This document shows, in pieces, positions 45,692 through 52,937 of a stretch of DNA of 52,937 bases. The notes beneath the pieces are model-generated. The model saw only the letters and a list, made by a program, of their open reading frames with translations, ran no database searches and was not told the origin of the DNA. Position 1 is the stretch's first letter, and the number at the start of each line of letters is the position of its first letter. The translations under genes were made by a program, and so were the position numbers. Origin of the DNA: an uncultured Lachnospiraceae bacterium (GTDB lineage: Bacteria > Bacillota > Clostridia > Oscillospirales > CAG-272); assembly GCA_964456045.1 (NCBI GenBank), contig CAYWAD010000001.1, positions 1 through 52,937 of the forward strand, in the 5' to 3' direction.

Positions 45692-45708
45692 TTTGCATTT
45701 TGTATAAT
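45692..45708. repeat. 17-bp direct repeat, right copy (candidate attR core)
   Basis: tttgcattttgtataat is identical to 39151-39167. Confidence 0.65.
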
Positions 45709-45838
45709 TTGACAAACCGCTCCCTGCGCTAACGACTCGATTTCAATTTGATTATAGGATGAGCAAACAAGAGGTTTATTTTTGTTTTTGTTTATGGTAT
45801 ACTTTACTTACAATGAAAATTTAGCATGTGGGTGATTT

Positions 45839-46531
45839 ATGATCAGCGATTTTTATTCAGTCAGTTATCTTCCCATCAGAAAAAACGAATCTATCGACGA
45901 ACTCAACATTATTTCAAGATATTATCGTTCGCACAGAGTTCGCCGCATATTTTTGACGCGCGAATATGATCCGTCTATCACAGTCAAGGCTCACATCGCT
46001 CGCGAATCGCATTATTTCGCTTCCGCACGCAAATCACTGTGTTCTCAAATGCGTTTGATCCCGATACACTCCGTCACCTTATTCAAAGGCATATCAGGCT
46101 TCCCCGATCTCGAACTGCTCGCGCTTAAAACAAAAACCGGCTCATACCTTTACGTAAATGTGCCGTTCGGAATCGACCATGACACGCTTGCTTCCGAGCT
46201 GCATACGATCATTTACAAGAAAAAGCTGATACCGGTGTTCATTTCCATCGAAACTTTGCAACAGATATGCTCAGAACAAGTGTTCGATACTATTTTGTCC
46301 GTTCCGAATGCTGTTTATCAAATTTCGTTAAATCACGTTATAAACAACAAATCTGTCGATAAGCTTCTCAAGCGTCTTTTGAAAGAAAAGAAAAACGTCA
46401 TTTTCGGCAGCGGCGACGGATTTGACGCATGCCCATATAAAAACATTGAATTTTACCTCAAATACATAAAGAAAGCTGTAGGCAAAGACATATTCGGCTA
46501 TTTTTTGATTCGTCATAACCGAATGTTTTGA
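45839..46531 (+). CDS. Hypothetical protein with CpsB/YwqE-like (PHP tyrosine phosphatase) layout but substituted metal-binding histidines
   Basis: By-eye collinearity with CpsB. MIDIHSH becomes MISDFYS, HIERY becomes SIETL, ASDMH becomes GSGDGFD. Confidence 0.35.
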   Translation: MISDFYSVSYLPIRKNESIDELNIISRYYRSHRVRRIFLTREYDPSITVKAHIARESHYFASARKSLCSQMRLIPIHSVTLFKGISGFPDLELLALKTKTGSYLYVNVPFGIDHDTLASELHTIIYKKKLIPVFISIETLQQICSEQVFDTILSVPNAVYQISLNHVINNKSVDKLLKRLLKEKKNVIFGSGDGFDACPYKNIEFYLKYIKKAVGKDIFGYFLIRHNRMF

Positions 46532-46537
46532 TGCAAA

Positions 46538-46786
46538 TCAGATTCCTTTGTATTTTTGGCGTGTTGCTTTCCCTCCTCGTATATGCCTTTCGGCTTTATT
46601 AATGTCAAGCACGATCCTCGTTTCGTGCGCCAACGTCGGATTTATCCGTATAAGCCGTTCCGTCACATCTTTATGTACCGTACTTTTGCTTACTCCGAAC
46701 TTTTTTGCTGCATTTCTTACCGTTGCACCGCTTGATGCGATATATTCACCGAGCAAAACAGCGCGCTCATCGACTAAGGTTTTCAC
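46538..46786 (-). CDS. spoIIID: Sporulation transcriptional regulator SpoIIID
   Basis: ERAVLLGEYIASSGATVRNAAKKFGVSKSTVHKDVTERL..INP.LA..........HIRGG.AT. GTG 46786 lies 7 nt after GGAGG. 82 aa. Confidence 0.85.
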   Translation of the reverse strand: MKTLVDERAVLLGEYIASSGATVRNAAKKFGVSKSTVHKDVTERLIRINPTLAHETRIVLDINKAERHIRGGKATRQKYKGI

Positions 46787-46901
46787 ATATAATCCTCCGC
46801 AAATGCTTTTGACTAATAATATGACGAAAACCGTAAATTTAGTCGTGATCCGTTCACTTGTAAAACAAAAAACATCACAACTCAAAAGAAAGAGAAACAT
46901 T

Positions 46902-47669
46902 ATGCAAGAAAAATATCTTCCGTCAAACATTTTCGAAGGGTTGACTTCCATACGCGCCGTAATTGCGTCACGCGATTCGGGCGTTTCTTCACGCGAAATA
47001 AAGGAAATCCATTACGACACCGAAAAGCTCGAAAAACACAAAAAAGAAATCGCATGGCTTTCGAGAATGTCCGCAAAACATGGATTTAAGCTCATACCGA
47101 CCACATCCGAAAGCATTTCGGAACTGACTCTCGGAACAACTCACGGCGGTTTTGTTGCCGTTTGCGGAGAAAGAAACATACCGGCGCTTAAGCTTGACTG
47201 CATAAAACCGAACGGTTATTACATTATGCTTGACGGAATCGAGGATCCGTACAATTTCGGCACAGCATTACGCACGGTTTACGCTTCCGGCGCGGACGGT
47301 ATTGTTCTTCCGCCGCGAAATTGGATGTCGTCTGCAGGGATAGTGTGCCGTTCTTCGGCAGGTACATCGGAAACGGCGAATTTGTTCGTTTCGGACGCGG
47401 ACTGCGCCGTGGACATATTCCGCAACGCAGGATATAAGATCATTTGCTCGGCGAAAGAAAAATCAACTTCCATGTACAAAACGGACTTGACCTTCCCTGT
47501 TTTTCTCGTAATCGGCGGGGAACGCAGAGGAATCGCGCATCGAATTCTCGATAAAGCCGATGAGATTGTCCGCATCGACTACGGACGCGAATTCAATGCT
47601 TCTCTTTCGGCGCAGTCGTCCGCGGCTGTCCTCGCTTTCGAAGTTTACAGGCAAAACAACGTGAAATAA
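46902..47669 (+). CDS. TrmH/SpoU-family RNA 2'-O-methyltransferase (RlmB-like)
   Basis: DGIEDPYNFG, LVIGGERRGI, SLSAQSSAAVLAFE. The start is set at MQEKY. The upstream part of the 373-aa ORF is antisense to spoIIID. Confidence 0.8.
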   Translation: MQEKYLPSNIFEGLTSIRAVIASRDSGVSSREIKEIHYDTEKLEKHKKEIAWLSRMSAKHGFKLIPTTSESISELTLGTTHGGFVAVCGERNIPALKLDCIKPNGYYIMLDGIEDPYNFGTALRTVYASGADGIVLPPRNWMSSAGIVCRSSAGTSETANLFVSDADCAVDIFRNAGYKIICSAKEKSTSMYKTDLTFPVFLVIGGERRGIAHRILDKADEIVRIDYGREFNASLSAQSSAAVLAFEVYRQNNVK

Positions 47670-47706
47670 AAAGGCTCCGAGACGGAGCAAAAAATAACAT
47701 TTTCAA

Positions 47707-47751
47707 CAAAATACGGTGTAACTCTGTAAAATGGGTTACACCGTATTTTTT
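47707..47751. terminator. Bidirectional intrinsic terminator
   Basis: atacggtgtaac / gttacaccgtat 12-bp stem with A/T-run flanks. Confidence 0.65.
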
Positions 47752-47772
47752 AGCATTATGTACTTGGAATTA

Positions 47773-48696
47773 TCATTTCAAGAGGTTTAGAATCTCAATA
47801 TCGCTTATGCCGGTAGCCTCCAAAAAGGATTCAAGATCACTGTAACTGTTGCAGAAAACCTTTGTTCCTTTCATACATGTGGATACATGTATCCAAACAA
47901 ATACGGATTCGCTTTGCGGTTTGAACGGCGTAGGCGCTGTCACCCAATCAAAATTCTCAGGTCCGATTACATACTGAACACCCACTTGTAATTTTTGCGT
48001 TCCTAAATCGTCGAGATGTACAAATCCGAGACACCCTTTGCCTGGTTTGCGTTTGATTGTGGCATATACCATGTCGTTTATCTGTATTTGAGCAAAATTC
48101 AACAATTCAGATGAGTAGCTTTTAGCTTTCGGCTCGTTGGGTGTGTCACTATACGTTGCTATTTCGCGTGTAGCATACAAAAAAACATACCCTGTGGAGA
48201 CGGATTCGCTCAATTCGGCAAGTTGCAATTTCCGCAAATCCCTGTCTATGTCATCAATTTGGGAATTGATTCTACTTATGGCAGAGTTGATTGAAGCTGC
48301 GGCTTTATCGAAATCGGCAAGTGCCAAATCAGAAGCTCTCTTTTCATCGTTAAATTGTTTTGCGCGAGATGAGACTACACAACCGATAATAATAAGAGCA
48401 ATGCCGACCAATGCAACAATAATGCCCGGCAGCAAATTATCATTTGAAATTATGAAAATTAAAATTGCCGCAATTACAGCACAAACAATACCTATAGTTC
48501 GCAATGTGGAACCTTTCTTTTTTTGAGCCGCGATTTTTCCTTCAATAGTGCGACGTACGGCAAGCTTATCTGCGCTTCCTTTTTCCAGTTCGTACAATTT
48601 TTCTTCCTCTGCGTACAAATCAGATTTTAAATCATTTTTGTTTTTGAGATACGCTTGGCGTTTCAGTTCATATTTCTGAGATAATTCATTAGACAT
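47773..48696 (-). CDS. Hypothetical membrane protein (coiled-coil N-terminus, 2 TM, unknown C-terminal domain)
   Basis: 307 aa, no recognisable motif. Divergent from the XRE gene. Confidence 0.7.
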   Translation of the reverse strand: MSNELSQKYELKRQAYLKNKNDLKSDLYAEEEKLYELEKGSADKLAVRRTIEGKIAAQKKKGSTLRTIGIVCAVIAAILIFIISNDNLLPGIIVALVGIALIIIGCVVSSRAKQFNDEKRASDLALADFDKAAASINSAISRINSQIDDIDRDLRKLQLAELSESVSTGYVFLYATREIATYSDTPNEPKAKSYSSELLNFAQIQINDMVYATIKRKPGKGCLGFVHLDDLGTQKLQVGVQYVIGPENFDWVTAPTPFKPQSESVFVWIHVSTCMKGTKVFCNSYSDLESFLEATGISDIEILNLLK

Positions 48697-48815
48697 AAGA
48701 GAATCCTCCTATAAATATTTGATGCTTATATTATAACCTGATTCAGGTTAGATGTCAATGGTATCGAGCAAAATATTTTATACTGTATGACAGTATTTTT
48801 TAGGGGGAAAAGCAA

Positions 48816-49031
48816 ATGTATCAAAGAATTCGCAATTTGCGGGAAGATCGTGATTTGAACCAAACACAGGTTGCAAAAATGCTTGGAATGTCACAAACAG
48901 GTTACTCTAAATATGAAACCGGCGAAAACGATATTCCTACCACAATTTTGATAAAATTAGCCAGATTCTATAATACCAGCATTGATTATTTACTCGGAGA
49001 AACCGACGAGAAAAAACGTTATCCGAAATAA
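48816..49031 (+). CDS. XRE-family helix-turn-helix transcriptional regulator
   Basis: IRNLREDRDLNQTQVAKMLGMSQTGYSKYETGENDIPTTILIKLARFYNTSIDYLLG is a canonical Cro/C1-type HTH. Confidence 0.85.
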   Translation: MYQRIRNLREDRDLNQTQVAKMLGMSQTGYSKYETGENDIPTTILIKLARFYNTSIDYLLGETDEKKRYPK

Positions 49032-49036
49032 AAAAA

Positions 49037-49059
49037 GGCTCCGAAACGGAGCCTTTTTT
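49037..49059 (+). terminator. Intrinsic terminator
   Basis: ggctccg-aaa-cggagcc followed by T6. Confidence 0.75.
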
Positions 49060-49112
49060 CGCACATACAAAACAAAAAAACGGACGCAAACCGAAGTCTG
49101 CATCCGTTATAG

Positions 49113-49187
49113 GGTGAATGATGGGATTCGAACCCACGGCCTTCAGGGCCACAACCTGACGCTCTAACCAACTGAGCTACACCCACC
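49113..49187 (-). tRNA. tRNA-His (anticodon GTG)
   Basis: Hand-folded cloverleaf. G-1 is present and pairs with C73. Anticodon loop ttGTGgc, T-loop ttcgaat. CCA is not encoded. Confidence 0.85.
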
Positions 49188-49193
49188 GAAAAA

Positions 49194-49267
49194 CGTACCT
49201 GGGGGGACTCGAACCCACGACCTACTGCTTAGAAGGCAGTTGCTCTATCCAGCTGAGCTACAGGTAC
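49194..49267 (-). tRNA. tRNA-Arg (anticodon TCT)
   Basis: Acceptor gtacctg/caggtac, D-arm gctc..gagc, anticodon loop ctTCTaa, T-loop ttcgagt (one T:C mismatch in the T-stem). Confidence 0.8.
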
Positions 49268-49276
49268 ATATAAAAA

Positions 49277-49348
49277 AGCGGGTGATGGGAATCGAACCCA
49301 CGTATCCAGCTTGGAAGGCTGGCGTACTAGCCGTTGTACTACACCCGC
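49277..49348 (-). tRNA. tRNA-Gly (anticodon TCC)
   Basis: Acceptor gcgggtg/cacccgc, anticodon loop ctTCCaa, T-loop ttcgatt. Confidence 0.85.
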
Positions 49349-49527
49349 AAAACGCGCGGTCATTTTTGAACGCTCAACTATAATACCACAATATTTTTTT
49401 TTTGTCAATAGTCAAATTGAAGATTTTTTCGTATAAATTTAATTTTTGAAAAAATTATTATGATTGACGTATAAAGTTTCAATTGATATAATGTAGCTAT
49501 AATATCTCCTTTCAAGAGGTGAAGGAT

Positions 49528-52500
49528 ATGCTTTATAAAAAGAACAAAGATGCTGTGCTTTCGGATGCGCTTTTCAAAAATCCGACGTCGGAATACAGAG
49601 GAACTCCGTTTTGGAGTTGGAACTGTGAGCTTGACAGCGAGGAGCTTAAGCGTCAGATAGACTGCCTTAAGGAAATGGGCTTCGGCGGTTATCACATGCA
49701 CTGCCGTACCGGTATGGCAACGCCGTATTTGACGGAAGAATTTTTCTCGCTCGTCTCGGATTGCGTCGAAAAAGGCAAAGAAAACGGTATGCTTTCCTGG
49801 CTCTACGACGAGGACAGATGGCCGTCCGGCTCGGCAGGCGGACGTGTTACGAGAAACGCCCCCGAACTGCGTCAGAGATATATGACAGTCGAGGAACAAC
49901 TGCCTGACGGACTTTCCGATCGCGATTCAGCCGTCAAAGAAGGCGGCTCGTATTTGATTGCGGCGTTTGATGTTGTGAAAAGCGAGATCGGCGAGCTTAT
50001 TTCGTATAAAAAAACTGTTCCGTCGGCGGCTCCTGCCGAAGGTTCCGAGCGCATATATTTCGTTTGCCATTCTGTCGGTGCGTCGCCTTGGTATAACGGC
50101 TCGTATTATATCGACACATTGAACCCCGACGCGGCAAAAGAGTTTTTGCGCGTTACATATGATGCCTATAAGGATCATTTCGGCAAGGATTTCGGAGACG
50201 CGATCCCTGCCATCTTCACAGATGAGCCGCAATTTGCGACAAAACGCCCACTTCCGTTTTCCGTCGGTGCGGTAAGAGCTTCGTTTCCTTGGACGCCCCG
50301 ATTCCCCGAAGTATTCCTCGAAAAATACGGCTACGACATTGTGGAGCGTTTGCCTGAAATCATATATGAGCTTCCGAACAGCGCGCCCTCGCACGCACGT
50401 TACGCTTTTCACGATAACATCGCGGAGATGTTCGCACACGGCTATAACGATCAATGCGGAAAATGGTGCGAGGAAAACGGAATCTACTTCACGGGACATC
50501 TGATGGAGGAGCCTACGCTCGAAAGTCAAACTCATGCCGTCGGTGACGCCATGAGATGCTACAGAAGCATGCAGCTTCCGGGAATTGATATGCTTTGCGA
50601 CAGAGTTGAGCTTACGACGGCTAAGCAAACTCAGTCTGCGGTGCATCAGTACGGTCGCGAGGGTATGACATCCGAGCTGTACGGCGTTACAAACTGGGAT
50701 TTCGACTTTCGCGGTCACAAGTTCCAGGGCGACTGGCAGGCGGCACTCGGCGTAACCGTGCGCGTTCCGCATCTTTCGTGGGTATCTATGCAGGGAGATG
50801 CCAAGCGCGACTACCCTGCCTCGATCAATTATCAGTCGCCTTGGTATAAGGAATACAGCTATGTTGAAGATCATTTCGCAAGAATCAACACGGCGCTCAC
50901 TCGCGGAAAACCGCTCGTTAAAGTTGCGGTTGTGCATCCCGTTGAAAGCTACTGGCTGCGATTCGGCCCCAACGATCTTACCGCCGACGCAAAGGCTCAG
51001 CTTGAAGAAAACTTCGCGAATATTACCTCCTGGCTTATTTCCGGGCTTATTGACTTCGATTTCATTTGCGAATCAACGCTTCCCGATCAGGTGCTTTATT
51101 CCGAAAACGGTCTGCAAGTAGGCTGTATGAACTACGAGACAATCATAATTCCCGCCTGTGAGACGTTGCGCTCATCCACCGTTGACATACTCACCGACTT
51201 CGCAAATCGCGGAGGAAAGCTAATTTTTGTCGGTGATTCGCCGTCTTACATTGATGCCGCACCGAGCGATCGCATAAATGACTTTTCCAAGCTCGGAAAG
51301 CACATTTCATTTTCGAAAACGGCGGTACTTCGTTCGCTTGCGGACGAACGCGACATCATCGTTAAAAATTACAACGGCACAAGCGCGGACAACTTCGTTT
51401 ATGCAATGAGAGGAGACAATGGCTGCAAATGGCTGTTCCTCGCTCACACAAACAAGAATTATTGCCTTGACGTTTCGCATCCGCAGTGGATTTCCTTAAA
51501 AATAAAGGGCGAATATACACCGAAACTGTACGACACACTTTCGGGCGAAATAAAAAACGTCGATTGCTCGTACGAAAACGGTTGGACCGTTATCGACACG
51601 GTACTTTATATGTATGATTCGCTTCTGCTTCGCTTGGACGAGGGGGAAATTTCACAAGAAAATGCGAAAAATAACCGCAAGCAATATCTGACTTTGAAGC
51701 AGATCGATTACAGAATGCCGGTGGACTATTCCCTCTCCGAGCCGAACGTACTGCTTTTGGACATTGCTCGTTACGCTGCGGACGGTCAGCCGTATTCCGA
51801 GGTTGAAGACGAAATTTTGCGTGCGGAAAACATCATCCGCAATTCGGTCGGTCTCGGCAACAGGATCAGTCGTCCCGTTCAGCCTTACATGATCGAAAAG
51901 ACATCTCCGTCCCACAAAATCAGATTGAAATATACCGTATATTCCGAAATCGAATATGAGGGCGCGCTTCTTGCAACGGAAACTCCCGAACTTGCCGATA
52001 TTTCATTTAACGGTGAGTCGGTAGACAAGACGGAACAAGGATATTTCACGGATAAATCGATCAAAACCATCGCACTTCCGACGATAAACATCGGCGTTAA
52101 TACGCTTGAAATAACACTTCCTCTCGGCGAAAGAACCGCGACGGAATGGTGTTATATTCTCGGAGATTTCGGTGTTAAAATCGAAGGAACGAAGAAGACG
52201 ATAATACCCAAAACGGAAAAGCTCGGTTTCGGTTCTGTAACTACGGCGGGAATGCCGTTTTATTCCGGAAATATAGAATATATTCTACCGTTTGAAGTTA
52301 CCGAGCAATGTAAAGGTTCGGTAAAGGTCAACGGATATAGAGGTGCTGCGGTAAGAGTGACACTTGACGATGAAAAGAGCGGAATAATCGCGTATGAGCC
52401 TTATAATTTCGATTTGGGCAAGCTTTCTCCAGGTATGCACACATTGAAGCTCACGCTTTACGGAACACGTCACAACAGCTTCGCGGCACTTCACGATGCA

Positions 52501-52626
52501 AACTACGGTGACAATTGGTACGGTGAGGGCAAATGGCGAACAACAGGCGAGGCTTGGTGCTATGAGTACAAAATCAGAAACATGGGTATAATGACAAGTC
52601 CGGTAATAACGCTTTTCAAGGATTAA
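49528..52626 (+). CDS. Large glycoside hydrolase-like protein (family unverified, N-terminus resembles GH106-type/'glycosyl hydrolase' proteins)
   Basis: 1032 aa. N-terminal RGTPFWSWN...L..QI..LKEMGFGGYHMH pattern. Adjacent AraC regulator. ATG 49528 lies 6 nt after AGAGGTG. Confidence 0.55.
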   Translation: MLYKKNKDAVLSDALFKNPTSEYRGTPFWSWNCELDSEELKRQIDCLKEMGFGGYHMHCRTGMATPYLTEEFFSLVSDCVEKGKENGMLSWLYDEDRWPSGSAGGRVTRNAPELRQRYMTVEEQLPDGLSDRDSAVKEGGSYLIAAFDVVKSEIGELISYKKTVPSAAPAEGSERIYFVCHSVGASPWYNGSYYIDTLNPDAAKEFLRVTYDAYKDHFGKDFGDAIPAIFTDEPQFATKRPLPFSVGAVRASFPWTPRFPEVFLEKYGYDIVERLPEIIYELPNSAPSHARYAFHDNIAEMFAHGYNDQCGKWCEENGIYFTGHLMEEPTLESQTHAVGDAMRCYRSMQLPGIDMLCDRVELTTAKQTQSAVHQYGREGMTSELYGVTNWDFDFRGHKFQGDWQAALGVTVRVPHLSWVSMQGDAKRDYPASINYQSPWYKEYSYVEDHFARINTALTRGKPLVKVAVVHPVESYWLRFGPNDLTADAKAQLEENFANITSWLISGLIDFDFICESTLPDQVLYSENGLQVGCMNYETIIIPACETLRSSTVDILTDFANRGGKLIFVGDSPSYIDAAPSDRINDFSKLGKHISFSKTAVLRSLADERDIIVKNYNGTSADNFVYAMRGDNGCKWLFLAHTNKNYCLDVSHPQWISLKIKGEYTPKLYDTLSGEIKNVDCSYENGWTVIDTVLYMYDSLLLRLDEGEISQENAKNNRKQYLTLKQIDYRMPVDYSLSEPNVLLLDIARYAADGQPYSEVEDEILRAENIIRNSVGLGNRISRPVQPYMIEKTSPSHKIRLKYTVYSEIEYEGALLATETPELADISFNGESVDKTEQGYFTDKSIKTIALPTINIGVNTLEITLPLGERTATEWCYILGDFGVKIEGTKKTIIPKTEKLGFGSVTTAGMPFYSGNIEYILPFEVTEQCKGSVKVNGYRGAAVRVTLDDEKSGIIAYEPYNFDLGKLSPGMHTLKLTLYGTRHNSFAALHDANYGDNWYGEGKWRTTGEAWCYEYKIRNMGIMTSPVITLFKD

Positions 52627-52764
52627 ATTCACATTAACAAAAGACCTTGGCTTACTTGCCGAAAAGCAGGTTTGCCAAGGTTTTTGATTAAAATACGATA
52701 ATCTCTGCAAGTACAATTGCTATATTAATATGCTACAATTCAAACACAGAAAGGAGTCGGTTTT

Positions 52765-52937
52765 ATGGAAAATAAAATTTTAATTGACAACGCAATCGGA
52801 TTTATCCAAAATAATGCCAAAGAAAATCTGTGTTTGCAGAGCATCGCGGAAAATGCGGGATTTTCGCTCAACTATTTTGATACGATTTTCAGGCGTCATA
52901 CCGGTTACAGTCCTATGGAGTATGCTCGTATCTACAA
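52765..52937 (+). CDS. AraC-family transcriptional regulator (5' part, runs off the window)
   Basis: AAGGAG RBS. LQSIAENAGFSLNYFDTIFRRHTGYSPMEYARI is an AraC-type HTH. Confidence 0.75.
   Translation, partial: MENKILIDNAIGFIQNNAKENLCLQSIAENAGFSLNYFDTIFRRHTGYSPMEYARIY

Larger units (their letters stand above)
39151..45708 (-). mobile_element. Integrated filamentous phage (inovirus-like prophage), unit length 6541 bp
   Basis: About 16 co-directional, overlapping small ORFs. Rep_trans-like initiator, coat-like 69-aa ORF, 417-aa secreted/anchored ORF and Zot-like P-loop ATPase. No integrase, secretin or capsid genes. Exact 17-bp flanking direct repeats. Confidence 0.75.

Noticed and set aside
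46548-46901. N-terminal 118 codons of the 373-aa plus-strand ORF
   Set aside because: This stretch is antisense to spoIIID. The methyltransferase homology begins only at MQEKY (46902).
49100-49400. Integrase or island attachment directly at the tRNA cluster
   Set aside because: I looked for a tyrosine or serine recombinase and for tRNA 3'-end direct repeats around the three tRNA genes. I found none by eye.
49927-50937. 336-aa minus-strand ORF
   Set aside because: It is antisense to the 1032-aa glycoside hydrolase-like gene. The sequence is Arg-rich and low-complexity.

Overview
This 52.9-kb chromosomal window comes from a spore-forming Firmicute that looks Clostridia-like. It carries spoIIID, a GerA/SpoVAF-family gene, yajC-secA, ispDF, rpe, a dlt-like operon and plant-polysaccharide enzymes. 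Most of it is ordinary, densely packed housekeeping or accessory metabolism in short operons on alternating strands. These include a MarR plus heterodimeric ABC exporter, an orphan sugar-ABC ATPase, an OmpR/HK pair, pepD, a PL11-like rhamnogalacturonan lyase, a large glycoside hydrolase with an AraC regulator, and three tRNA genes (His-GTG, Arg-TCT, Gly-TCC). The left edge (1-1209) looks like the decayed end of an integrative element. The stand-out is a ~6.5-kb filamentous-phage (inovirus-like) prophage at 39151-45708. It has about 16 co-directional, overlapping small ORFs on the minus strand: a Rep_trans-like rolling-circle initiator, a 69-aa major-coat-like protein, a 417-aa adsorption-protein-like ORF and a Zot/pI-like P-loop ATPase. 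It encodes no integrase, secretin or capsid/terminase genes. It is bracketed by an exact 17-bp direct repeat. That repeat equals the central 6 bp plus one 11-bp arm of a perfect 28-bp palindrome at the left junction, which is a Xer/dif-like 11-6-11 architecture. The repeat lies in the same reading frame in the rep gene and in a start-less ORF at the other prophage end, so excision would rebuild a longer rep. The phage intergenic region carries stacked hairpins and a 76-bp inverted duplicate of part of the zot-like gene. Secondary points of interest are a dlt-like operon with non-canonical order co-transcribed with tandem Ig-like/transglutaminase-like lipoproteins, a G1P-dehydrogenase-like gene coupled to a pseudo-receiver wHTH protein, a fragment resembling the N-terminus of a SCIFF maturase, and a two-gene XRE/membrane-protein module flanked by near-identical hairpins beside the tRNA cluster. 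All functional calls rest on motifs read by eye. No database search was run.
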